From Chrysomallon squamiferum (lineage: Eukaryota > Animalia > Mollusca), in the NCBI GenBank assembly GCA_012295275.1, contig CM022679.1:19406001-19470000 (forward strand): 64,000 bases of DNA. The letters are read 5' to 3'. Below, in pieces: positions 40,393-52,252 of the stretch. The notes under the pieces were generated by a model. It made no database searches. It saw only the letters and a list, made by a program, of their open reading frames with translations, and was not told where the DNA came from. The stretch's first letter is position 1, and every line of letters starts with the position of its first letter. The position numbers and the translations under genes were made by a program.

Positions 40393-42646
40393 TAAACCAA
40401 GCACGCCACTGAAATTCAGTCTTAAGCAGAATTTTCAGAATTAAGAAAAAACGCGTTAAATATATAAATTGTGCCGACGCCATTTGCTTGAAAGAGTCAG
40501 TCGAACGAAGATACATAAGTAAACTATTGTCTAGCGAGACAAAATTTAAAACGACATCAAACTGTTTATCAAATTGTTTCCTGCTGCAAATTTTGTTCTG
40601 GACTGTTCCTCGAATGCTTCAAATTTCTGCTTCGCCGAACTCGGCCATTCTTAAGTAACAATGTCGGTTCCAAATGATGTGTCAACACAGTAATCATTTC
40701 TGCCGCCTGGACGGAGACCAAATTGAATGTTTTCATTACTTAATGAAGCAACGCTCGCGAACACAAGCAAGGGATTTACGAAGCAAGTCAACCGGAAGTG
40801 TACTTGTGTCTCGTGTTTTTGGGCAAAGCGTCCAGAAAAGTGCAGACGAGTAACAAACAATTAGTGAACAAACAAGAAATGACTCAAGAAACAAATATTT
40901 TCATGACAATTTTTGAGTTATTTAAAAATAATTTTATTTTTCAGTTACGACTATTTCTAATACAAACCTAAATATGATCAATAAATATATGTACTGTTAA
41001 TTCTCGGTTTTGTTTTCCTTTATTCAGATACGCATATATCAAGTTCTTGACATTAACCTCATGCACAAAAAAGAAGGCTTACGTCTGTTGGATGCTAAAA
41101 AACTGAGTGCGCACATGCACGGTTGGTTGACGTTTCGAGTAAAAAAGGCAGTTGAGACGTGGTTTAACAATTCAGCTATAAATTTTGGTAAATATGTAAA
41201 TATTATATAAAGATGACGAGTTCTATCCTATATAAATTTAAATTGCAGTTTTTCTAGCACTTTTTAAAAGCAAAATCCTGATGGTAAAGGCTTCTATAAC
41301 ATTTTAAATTTTAATGACTTTATATTAAATAAGTATTAATTCTTTTTGTTGATATGCAGTTAGTGTTTTTGAGTAGGCACCATGTTGAATAAGCTTAACT
41401 GAACGAAACTAACGATTTTTTAATTTCAGGTTTCCTTGTAACAACAACGGCAGGACGTGGAAACCATGTGAACGGAAGTTACATCCGATTTGCTCAACGC
41501 CATGAACATCATGAAAGTAAGCAGCCGATACTCGTCATCTTTACTGATGATGGTAGACCTCGCCATCCAAATTATATATCCCCAGACGATGAAGGTAAAA
41601 ATCCTATTTAAATTTATTTATTTTTACTATTTTATTTATTTATTTACTAGTTGTTTGGTAGCGAATACACTTTTATGTATGTGTTACTCCATGCGCCGAA
41701 ATAGTGCCCAACATTACAGGAAAGTGATAAATACGTTAGTGAACAAATATAAATTTAATTTAATTTGACGAATGAATAAATAATAATAAAGATGTCCTTT
41801 TCCTGAACACCTCTATTTGCCTCCGTTTTATCTTTGGTTTTTGCCGTCTTTTATTGAGATAAATAACACTGCAGTATTACAAAAATGACAGCATCATAAA
41901 AGGTGAAAAAAAATTGACCTCCAGCAAGTTGGTTAATTTCATAAGCATAAAAATCTAACACCCGATTCATACTAATAATTTATTTTTTTAATGATTATTT
42001 TTCAGGTTATATGGAACTAAAGCAGGATATTCTGGTGCAAGAAAATCTCCAGCAAATTCGAAACAAACACTTTCGACAAGCAATAAGATTCCTGAATGAG
42101 CGAGACCGGGCTTCGATGACGTCAGTACAAGATCTGTCCACGGAACCGGACGTATCTCAAAGAAAGAATCGAAGAGCAAAACGAGGTATTAAGTCAACCC
42201 AAGGTCTGAAGGCGTTAGGAATATATTCAGTTCCTTCAAACAGACTTAAAAGAAGTTCGGGGAAAAAGAAATCTAAAGGTAGTCGAAAGAAAAGAACATT
42301 CGACATAAACAGATATCGTATTCACAGAAGAACGTGTTCGAGACAACCGATGTACGTTGACTTCGACGAAATTGGTTGGTCGGGCTGGATTATTTCTCCG
42401 AAAGGTTACAATGCCTATCATTGTACAGGCGAATGTCCTTTTCCATTAGGTCAGAGTCAGAAACCTACAAACCATGCCACTGTACAGAGTATTGTGCATG
42501 CCTTGCGTGTGGGTAAAGACGTAGGGACACCATGTTGTGTGCCCAATAAATTGTATTCTATAAGTCTGTTGTATTTTGACGATGATGAAAATGTGATTTT
42601 GAAGCAGTATGATGACATGGTTGCAGCTAGTTGTGGGTGTCACTAG
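31049..42646 (+). CDS. ADMP: Anti-dorsalizing morphogenetic protein (TGF-beta/BMP family), 474 aa; exons 31049-31364, 39840-39982, 41028-41187, 41430-41594, 42006-42646
   Basis: Signal peptide (MFWTAFVLLLQVVGS), prodomain (PPQYMTELY, ADVVRSF, GWLTFRV, KQPILVIFTDD), furin sites, and 7-Cys mature domain with ADMP-diagnostic IGWSGWIISPKGYNAYHC..CPFPLGQ..PTNHATVQSI..LLYFDDDENVILKQYDDMVAASCGCH. All introns GT-AG and phase-compatible. Alternative start ATG at 31097. Confidence 0.95.
31069..31084 (-). promoter_or_regulatory. Perfect BMP-responsive Smad1/5-Smad4(-Schnurri) element GGCGCC-N5-GTCTG
   Basis: Plus strand CAGAC ATACT GGCGCC equals minus strand GGCGCC AGTAT GTCTG, an exact match to the GRCGNC(N5)GTCTG consensus. 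Confidence 0.65.
32613..32776. repeat. (GTA)n/(GCA)n microsatellite in ADMP intron 1
   Basis: Long GTA run followed by GCA repeats. Confidence 0.95.
33661..33730. repeat. (TAA)n microsatellite
   Basis: Direct observation. Similar tracts: (TTA)n ~19594-19649 and ~45605-45680, (GT)n 34929-34974, (CAT)/(TTA)n ~35682-35817, (CA)n ~39997-40078, (CT)n ~40326-40391, (GAA)n ~46486-46540. Confidence 0.95.
36563..36758. repeat. 42-bp minisatellite, ~4.7 copies, in ADMP intron 1
   Basis: GTCAAATATATGGTTTAAAATTATTTTATTTA(A/G)CAATATATG starting 36563, 36605, 36647, 36689, 36731. Confidence 0.95.
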
Positions 42647-44552
42647 CATACAACTCAGAAATATTCTAATTATAACAGAAAGTGCTATTTCGAAAGTAAA
42701 TTAATTTAATTAAAATCTGTTGAACACGCCATTTTTGTAAATAAATTTACCAATAGCTGATTTGTAATGCAAAGGCTAATTAATAAGTAGAAAATACTCA
42801 AATCTCCAAACTACACCCACTAAACAAGTATTACTAATTAGGCCAGGGTATCCTTTCATATTGTTCGATGGACAACAACTTAATTGTTTATTTATTTTTT
42901 CTTGGTAAATACAACAGAACGTTTTTTGTTTTTAGATCAAATGACACTTTAGTACAGTGCATGAAAGTTGTGTACAAAAATACATTACACTACGAATGAC
43001 TATATTGAAAATCGGAAAGAAAATATTATAAAATACAACAAGCTCATAAAGACTATATGTATGGGACAAGACCTGTCTTGTTTTTAATGAATATAAACTT
43101 TAATATTCTTTTCAGTATTTCACATAATCTAGAAAACTACCGTGATGAACACTTTTAAAGTGGTCCCCAATCGAAAAAATATCACAGAAATGGCTCCTTC
43201 GTTATGTCACCGCTTTGTTCATTCAGCAGTTTGTCAAATTATGGATAATCTTTTCCAATTTTGAAGTTCCCCAAGAATGGACCTCCAAAATCAAAAGCAA
43301 ATAAATGATCAACAAATTTTTTTTATAGCCACATTGACATTACAGGTATTTTCTGGTCTAAGAATATTGTAAAAATTTTGAAGAATACTTGATTGCTTCT
43401 GGACACTGTTTGTGTTTAAAACACGTGCCAAAGTGTGAGTGACTAAAGTTGTGATGCCGTTAAGAAAAAAGTGCTAGATACTACAAGTGTGCACTATACG
43501 TTTTAAATTTCCCGTAACCATATTGTTCTTGTCCTACGTAAAAGTGTGTCTGTGTCTGCGCGTGCGTGTGTGTGTGTGTGTGTTCATATTATTATGTGTG
43601 TAAATTTTGTATTATTAGATCACTCACCTGTTTTATCATTGTACATATTCACATATTTCACTACATCAAGTAATAAATGTTTAAAACTATTTAGAAATGG
43701 ACATTTTTTTTTGTTGACGCTTTATATAAAAACTTTCAGGATGTGAACCAAGAACGAGTGCATTACTTTTACATAATTGTTCAGTTATTTTTATCATCAG
43801 CAGCAAAATGAATAATATTTTTTTTTAATCTATCTAAACGAAATAAATTACCCATACGACAAGATAAAATATCTGAAGGATTTAATGGTATCAAATTTGT
43901 AAGTAAATCTGTGTCATACATCAGCTGTAATGAAAATAATCGGTTTAACAGACTTTAGGTAATGCAATGCATACAGAAACGAATTTTAAATCATCGGCTG
44001 TTGTGTGCAAACGTATCTGCTAACAGTGTTGTCTAAAGTGTTTTATTTACATCTGACACGTGGCTGTAGGAAGAATATATATCGAGTGAAGCGAGATTAA
44101 CGTAAAATATTATTTTATTTTCACACAAAGTGGGATTATAACAGATAGTCTGACACACCGAGCTAGGTTTAATATCATATTCCTGGTAAATGACTCGCCA
44201 TATTAAACCGTATCATACTAAAAAGAAGAAGAAGAAAATGTATCGGTTTACAAGAGGAGACAGTTAAGCTAAAACTTTAGCTATTGTTATTTTAATTGTT
44301 ATTATTATTTTATATATATGTTGTTTTTTTGTTTGTTTGTTTTTTGCTTTTTTTTGTTGTTTTTTTGTTTTGGTAAATTGCATTATTTATAAACTGTTTC
44401 AAATTTTCAGTTACTTTGCGGTAAGAGTGTATTATGCTAAGATTTTATTAGCCAGGCAGGAAGAAATATTTTGAAAAAGACATTTATTTAAAATGGCTTT
44501 ACTCTGAAGATGTTGCCAACTTTCCTAATTCAAAGGCAAACGCATTAAACCA

Positions 44553-44627
44553 GATGTGTAATTACAGTTCTAATCTATCTCTTTTAGAAAACGGATGTAA
44601 TTACAGTTCTAATCTATCTGTTTTACT
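44553..44627. repeat. Short imperfect tandem duplication
   Basis: TGTAATTACAGTTCTAATCTATCT occurs twice about 39 bp apart. Confidence 0.85.
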
Positions 44628-45084
44628 GCCTAGGAGGTAAGTAGTTCGTCCAAAGCAAGTTTCGAAATAGATTATGAAATAAATCATATGTACTGGGAAA
44701 AAAAAAATATATATATAAACCAACAATTAGTTGATATGTACATCAGATGTTTAAAAAAAACACAACAAAAATAAGAAATAACGAAATAAAATATTTTTAA
44801 AATCCTTGTTTATATTCGTTTTAGATGTTTTGGAATTAAATAATAAATTGAAGAAGAATGTTCATAAACTGATTATGAATAGGAGACAGACAACAAAAAA
44901 TAAATAAGTGAATAAATAAAAATTAGCAATGAAAATAAACAAGAAATACTGAACAATAATTTTATTTAGAAATTACCCATACGAAAAATCAAATCATCAG
45001 ACGAGTAAAAGAACCCATCTGTTCCTGTTATTAAAACTGCAGCAGCTGATGTGATTCGAACACTTTAATCTCGTGGTTTACCAC

Positions 45085-45099
45085 GGCGCCAGTATGTCC
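45085..45099 (+). promoter_or_regulatory. Second, imperfect Smad element GGCGCC-AGTAT-GTCC downstream of ADMP
   Basis: First 14 bp (GGCGCCAGTATGTC) identical to the reverse complement of the exon-1 element. Confidence 0.45.
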
Positions 45100-45595
45100 A
45101 GTGTCAAACATCTACCACAACACGGTCATAAACATTCCCAAAACAAGGAAGATCGCATTGCAAATCTGCTGTAAAGGTAGATGTCCCATGAATATCAAGT
45201 TTTTTTTAAATGTTTTTCATTTATTTATTTTATTTTTCCTTTTTTTTTTTGTTAGCAGTAAAAGAATATTCCAAACATTTATTTTGCATCATTAACAGTC
45301 AGTTAATAAATTAGTAGGAAAAATATTTCTCTCGTAACGATGTTTTTAATTGCTGTTTCTGATTTTAGCAATTGAATTACTTATTTATTTATTTATTTAT
45401 TTATTTATAATTTTCCCCAGATGCAGTCTCAATGTACAATTATGAATTCATTTTATGATTTAAATGAGTAAAAATTCACAGAATACATTAAATTTACACA
45501 AAATATACACGAAAAGGAATGAAATCGTTTAACAAAAATTTCAATGAATTGCATTAATACTTAAAAATATTTAAACTTTCTTTTAAATATTTATT

Positions 45596-45683
<88 letters not shown>

Positions 45684-46242
45684 GTAGTTTAGATTGTGGA
45701 TGGGAAGTAACTTTTAGTTGATCTCCACCTCTTTATTTCAGATTGGTTATTCCCCTTTACCCCGAGGTAGGTATTTTTATATAACTACTAATTACAACAT
45801 CGTGTCTATTTCATTATATAAACAAACAAATGATAATAATACTGAAAAATAATAAAAACTTACAATACACACTGAAATACAGAAAAAATATGTTAGGAAA
45901 ATAAAGATCAAGATAATTTTTAATACGTTGGTTTGATAAATTCCCAAATAAGACATCTAAAGTACTGCGAACACCTGTATCTTGAAGTTTGATACGGTTC
46001 TGATTAGTATGTTGAAATATCCCCAAATATCAATAGAAAAAACATCATATATGTGTGCAATTTGAATATATCTGGGCTGTTGCTGGGGAAGACAATTTGA
46101 ATATGATGTATTAAGAATACATTTTTCTGAACCTATTAATGTCAGTGGCCAAGAAATCCAGTCATGCAAAATAAATAAATTAAAATTAGGTTAACTCGAT
46201 TTATGTTCACCGAAGAAAGTTAAAAAAATAATAATAATAAAA

Positions 46243-46281
<39 letters not shown>

Positions 46282-46484
46282 AAAGTATTTGAAATATTTT
46301 ATTTTATACTTTTTTCAGAACCTGGTTTTTGCCCCAAGCGGGTCATCAAAATCTTTGAGTGGACGGGAACCAGTTCTTTATACATGTTTATAACCAATGG
46401 TGATTGGCTTAGAAAATATGTCTAGTCTTAATGTAATTCATTTTCTATTTTAAAAAAAATAAATAAAAAATAAAATAATAATAA

Positions 46485-46515
<31 letters not shown>

Positions 46516-46637
46516 AAGAAGAAGAAGAAGAAGAAGAAGAAAATAACAACAATAAAACAAATAAAAATCAAAACAAAACAAAAAACAATAAGCATGTTTA
46601 GAAAACGGGAGCAAAAGCTTTATTACATATCTCTTAT

Positions 46638-46737
46638 GGTTCTTCAAAAACATGATTTAGATAACCATTAATTTTATGATTATTCACGGTTCTTCAAAAA
46701 CATGATTTAGATAACCATTAATTTTATGATTATTCAC
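46638..46737. repeat. Perfect 50-bp tandem duplication
   Basis: GGTTCTTCAAAAACATGATTTAGATAACCATTAATTTTATGATTATTCAC at 46638 and 46688. Confidence 0.95.
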
Positions 46738-47101
46738 GTGTAACATAATACGGTAACTCATTAGAAAAAAAAAGGTTTTTGTGTGTACAAAGTTTGCATT
46801 AACATATAAATAGAAAATTTAAAAATAAAAATATTGTTTACTTCTGTTATATGTATGTTTGTTATTATGATTATATGTATGTAATTAATAATAAATAAAG
46901 GCAACAACACAAAATATAAACTAATGTAAATCTTCTTCCTCTCTATTTTTTTCCCCCTTATGGATGAATAAATGCTTGGGCAGATGAAATAAGAAATACA
47001 TATATAACAAAGGTATATCTTATTTTGTTAATGTATATATATTTTTAATTTCATAATAATCACGGTGGATGTTTGTTTGTTTGGTAAACAAACTTTATAT
47101 A

Positions 47102-47646
47102 CAGTCAAACCTCTTTATAACGCCGGTATACCGCCACTGACGTTTATCGCCCCAAAAACGCTTGAATACCGTTTTTGTGCATTTAAATATTTTATAAATT
47201 TATCTCGTTTTACCGCTCATGGCTATTCGCCATTCGCTGATGCTTCCGTCTGCACACATAATGCAAACGAATAGTAATAAATAGTCGATAAATCGCCAAT
47301 AACCGACCTTCACTACAATCATCAAGCAAAACAAGTTTCATTGTCAGTCACATTTCATGAACGCTGCATGTACTTCAGTAACTTTAAAACAAAAATGTTG
47401 TGAAATTCTATAAAGAAATACCACCTCCCCTCCCCTTTCTTATCGCAAAACAACATGCATTGATTGCCTGATAACTATTACTTCTAACATCTACCATGCA
47501 GTTCTTCGAGAAAAAGTGAATGTAAATGGTTCAGTGATTAGCATGTTTTTATTTTATCTGTTTAAACACGTTAATATTTACAGCTTATTTAATGATAAAT
47601 CACTATTTTAACTGGGCAACGTCGGCGTTATAATGAGGTTTGACTA
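47102..47646. mobile_element. ~545-bp Tc1/mariner (pogo/Tigger-type) MITE
   Basis: TA|CAGTCAAACCTCTTTATAACGCCG ... CGGCGTTATAATGAGGTTTGACT(A); ~23-bp TIR, CAGT start after TA; right terminus slightly decayed; no coding capacity. Confidence 0.8.
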
Positions 47647-47725
47647 ATTATTAATATTTTGTTACAATAATGTATTGTAAGCGTAAGCCTTAACATAATT
47701 TCTTTTTGTACTTACAATAATAATA

Positions 47726-47764
<39 letters not shown>

Positions 47765-48221
47765 GAAAACAAAAACAAAAACACACACATAAAGCAGCAG
47801 CAGCTAAAACAGATTTAAAAAAAAAAAATCTTTTTCAAATTTTTTTGTATTATTTTTTATTTATTTATTTATTAATGGGGATATTTACATTTTTCTTTTC
47901 TTTGCATTTCAAATATGTACAATTCTATAGGTTTATTTTTTATTTATTTATTTATTCTTCTCATTTTCAAATTCCTTTCACTTGTATATTTTCATTCCAT
48001 TGCAGTCTTACATAAATAATTACAAGAATGATTGGAAAAGCAAAAACTTGTAATAAAAATGCTAATCTGGAATATTGTCAGCATCGTAACACGTTTTATA
48101 AAATAACTTGAGGCAAAACTATGTTTGAATTAATCTCGATCTTTTGGCAAGGTCGTTTGTCCAGGCTTTTTATTTTTTATTTTTTTAAGTTTTTTCAGTT
48201 TATATCATAGCTAATGACTTG

Positions 48222-49115
48222 TTAAAGGATTGTTGTATCTTCTTTATAAGCTGCCGATTTGTAATCTGAGTCTCTGAAAGAATAAAAATCATCACTGTGA
48301 AGTGATAGATACAGATTAATATATAAAGTTTACACGTTCGACGATGTTAATTTATACTACATAAACAGCCATTATAGAAAAAAAAAAAAAAACACCTAAA
48401 AATCCCCGCCCATCCCATAAAAAACAACAACACTGCAACAAACTGTTTATGTTCCTGAATTCGAATACATAGATTCCTATCTACAAACTATAAACAAAAT
48501 ATCAAGTGTAAACGAAAATTCCGAATCCGGAGAGATTTACAAATGACGATACACTATATCCACAAACATGGTGGTACAGTAAAATTTGCTTTTAAAATTA
48601 TGAAGTTCAAATAGGTAAAACCAAAAAATTAATAAATAAATAAATAAATAATAATACATTGGACAAAAAAAAAAAACAAAAAAAAAAAAAAACATCCTAT
48701 ACCATATTATATATTTAATCTTCTTGACTCAAAACGGGAAATAAATACGATCTATAATAAACATAAATAAAAATATATCTCAAACAGCTAGCAAGCACAA
48801 AGTAAGGTGCTGTGGAATTTAACAGAAAAAGCTATGTCGTGCTTCCGCCGATGTCTGACTGCTTACTTTTTAAGTTTGCTTACGGGTCATGATGTTACAT
48901 ATAGTTTCACTGCCGCCATTGATCCGTATGACGCCCTAATCCTGAGAGATAACCGGCTTTAAACGTTTGTTTTTGTTGTTTGTCTGTAACTGCAAAAACT
49001 TCTGAGTTCTCGTTTTTAAAATATGTTTTTTTTTTTTTTTTTTTGTTAAAATACATTGTTTACTAGGGACAAAAACAGTATTAGTGCCAGTTTAGGCACT
49101 ACTACTACTACTACT

Positions 49116-49155
<40 letters not shown>

Positions 49156-49858
49156 GTTTAACAATACAAATTCTGATAAAAAGGGTTTGGTACCTGAATT
49201 ACATACATAATAATAGAGACATTTAAGATAATGTATTTATTTATTAAAAAAAAAAAGAAAAAGAAAAAGTAATAGAACAAAAATAAATACTTACGGTCTA
49301 AACATTGGATTAGTGGCCGATGCTATAGCATGGTTACTTCCGGTGGTCGATGATAATCGAGTACCAGGTGGCACTGTTGGCAAACCTTCTTCCGGTCGGA
49401 ATATCATATTTATTTCGCCGACTTCTTGAAGACCTTCGTCTGGAGGCACGTACATGTTTAAACTCTGCAATGTCAGAGATTTCATCGGTTACATTTTAAT
49501 GATGGTTAAATAAAAATAATCTTTATACATCTTGGATTACATAATTAACAAAAAGGCTTTTTTTCGCCAATCAGAATATTATCTTCAAAACATTCCAATA
49601 TCATTTAATAATAATAAATAAAACTGTTCAGATAAAGTTCTTGCCTGTGTTTCATATTCTCTCAAGAAACTTGGTGGCTCAACAAAATCAGGTCCGTCAT
49701 AGGAGTTTTGATAAATTCTATACTGCTTTATGAATTTCATGTACCTACAAGATAAATAACAACAGTACATCATACATCCACTATGATTTGTACTATGCTT
49801 GTCTTACTTCTTTGGTGTAATGAATGTCAAAGCATTTTAAAACCATCATGTTAATTTA

Positions 49859-49901
<43 letters not shown>

Positions 49902-50173
49902 GGAAAATATTGAAAAAAAAGAAAAGAAAAGAAAAGGGACATTTTTGCGATAAATACACATTCGATAAAAAATCGGTTGAGAAAATGTTTATGGTTTATT
50001 TAAAAACAAAACATTAAAGTAAAAGTATGAAAATGAAGAAGTTGGTTTTACCTGGAATAAGTAAACAAGATGACTGCTATTGCCAAAGTACTTAGAAGAA
50101 GTATAATGGCTGCCATGGCAACAAGCGCTGCCCAAGGATCGTTCATCCACCATATGTAGGCTCTGGTCGTCAT
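48222..50173 (-). CDS. Truncated paralog of the cadherin: TM plus cytoplasmic tail only (~147 aa); exons 50173-50052, 49744-49645, 49464-49295, 48273-48222
   Basis: MTTRAYIWWMNDPWAALVAMAAIILLLSTLAIAVILFTYSR/YMKFIKQYRIYQNSYDGPDFVEPPSFLREYETQ/SLNMYVPPDEGLQEVGEINMIFRPEE...ASATNPMFRP/DSDYKSAAYKEDTTIL*. Same intron positions and phases as the last four cadherin exons, no stops or frameshifts, one GC donor. Start codon (TTTAAAATG) is inferred; exon acceptor at 50251. Confidence 0.75.
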
Positions 50174-50805
50174 TTTAAAATATATAAATTTATTGTGTTT
50201 CACGTGCAGTTTTGTTAACTTCGTTAAACTTTCATCTTTTGAAATACAGGCTGAAATAAAATAAATACATAATTTAATTAATTTTATTTTTTTATATTAG
50301 CGAATATTCAGACAAATTTTCCAACTATATATATATATAAAGAAAACGAAAAGCAAAGGAAAAGTAAACATTGTTCATACTGCAAAAAGAAAGAGAAGAA
50401 ATAATTTTATCCAACTATATCTTAAAACAAGGCGAAATTTTCTCTTTTTTTCTTTGTTGTGTTGTCGTTTATTTTATGTTCTATTTTATGTATTTATTTT
50501 AACATTTATTTTTTAATTATTTTTTTTTATTATTTTTTATATTTTTTTTTTTTTTTTATTAATTTTTTTTTTGTTTAATTTTTTTTTTTTTTTTTAAATT
50601 TAGTTTCAGTTATTTTATTTTATTCTTGTGTTTTGACTTGCCGTTGATTGTGACAGGACGGCCATGTATTGTGATGTTTGTATTTTCTTTCATCTATAAC
50701 TGCTGAATACAAAATCTGTGCTGGGAATAAATTATGTTTAAAAATGACGTAGGTAATATAACCCATTATCACAACGTTGCTGTATACTGAATTAAGAGGT
50801 TTTAC

Positions 50806-50922
50806 CTCGAGAAAACTAATTGAGGTAGAAGAATAGGACAACAACAACAAAGAAAAAGCCAGATCAAAAGGATTATGGCTGCAACGACAATGAGTATGGA
50901 TCAACAAATGTTACCCATAACA
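50806..50922 (-). pseudogene. Degenerate third copy of the cadherin TM exon
   Basis: GATCCATA-CTCATTGTCGTTGCAGCCATAATCCTTTTG aligns to parent GATCCTTGGGCAGCTCTCATTGCCTTGGCAGCCATAATCATTCTG with a ~7-bp deletion; ends TCG AG/GTAAAA like the paralog TM exon; acceptor TTTTCATCAG. Confidence 0.5.
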
Positions 50923-52215
50923 CTGATGAAAATGAGAGAAAAAAGATCTCAGTAACTAAAAAAGAAGAAGAAAATACAATCCTTGTACAAGATACAAATA
51001 AATAACTTAAATTTAAATAAAATATATCGAGTTTACTACATTATGCTATTTCTGTTTATTAAATTTATTTCTTCTTATTTCTTTTATTTTATTTTACTTT
51101 GCTAATGTTCTATTTCAAAAGATAATATAAAATGAATTAAATAACAAAAAAACAACAAAAAAAAACAACAACAAAAAGCAACAAAAGAATGGAATCAAAT
51201 AAAAAAAATAGCAAAGAGTGTAATTTACTATTACAGTTATTTAATTCAGGCAGATATACTACTAATAATAATAACAATAAGAACAACAATACAATGATTA
51301 CATATTATTTCGGTCGTTTAAAAACAAACCAAATGTCATAAATAAAAAAAAAAAAAAAAAAAAAAAAAGAATTAGAAGAAAAATAGTATTGAGACCAACA
51401 AACATTCACTTACCTTTCAGAGCACTACTTTTAAATTAGTTTTCAGTGTGATACATTGCTGAAAACTGAACGGTGTCCTGCTCTGTAACGAGTATAGTGA
51501 TGTTTTAGGCTGCTCACTCCAAAGATGATCAGTCGTTGTACAAACTGGCCAGGCGATGAAGATGAGTTGTGCTAGGTGGTGAACTCCCTGTGTCAACATG
51601 TTCAGTCAACAACAAGGAAATGAAGTTCTCTTTGTACCGTTAAAGGTCATATACAAGTTTGTTTTAAGGAAATGCGATGTGAATTGCAAAACATTCTACA
51701 AATAGCGCAGAACTGTTCGTGTTGCTGTTATGACATTAACTTCACTCGAACTAGAAAATATTTCGTTTTACGATATTTAAAATAAAAAAATAAAATTAAT
51801 CGTAAACATTAAAATGAATATGGGGTCATTTTGTGTTTTTGGTGTGCTTCTTTTCCTTCACAATGACAACCATTTCGTTTCCAAAAATTTTAAGGATGCT
51901 GCCATTTATGATAAATGTAGATAGCGCGCGCGCGCACGCACGCACGCACGCACACACAGCGAGAGAGGGTTAGCTGTAGATATATTTTCTGGTCTATAAA
52001 GAAAGAAGAATTATACTGTAATAGTTTTTATGTTAAAATATTAGTTTGCAACAGATATTTAGCTATCTCTGATTAGCATGTTTTCAGTTACTCATTCAAT
52101 CGAACTTTATTTTTTTTATGGGATTCTCAAAAAATCTAAGTTCTAAGGATTTAGAGACAAAATCCCATTTTAATTGGTTAAACTAACTTATATAACTATT
52201 GAATTACGTAAATAC

Positions 52216-52252
<37 letters not shown>

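Noticed and set aside
42011-42646. Calling the ligand BMP2/4 (dpp)
   Set aside because: GWSGWIISP, CPFPLGQ and YFDDDENV..KQYDDMVA are ADMP-type rather than BMP2/4 (GWNDWIVAP, CPFPLAD, KNYQDMVV).
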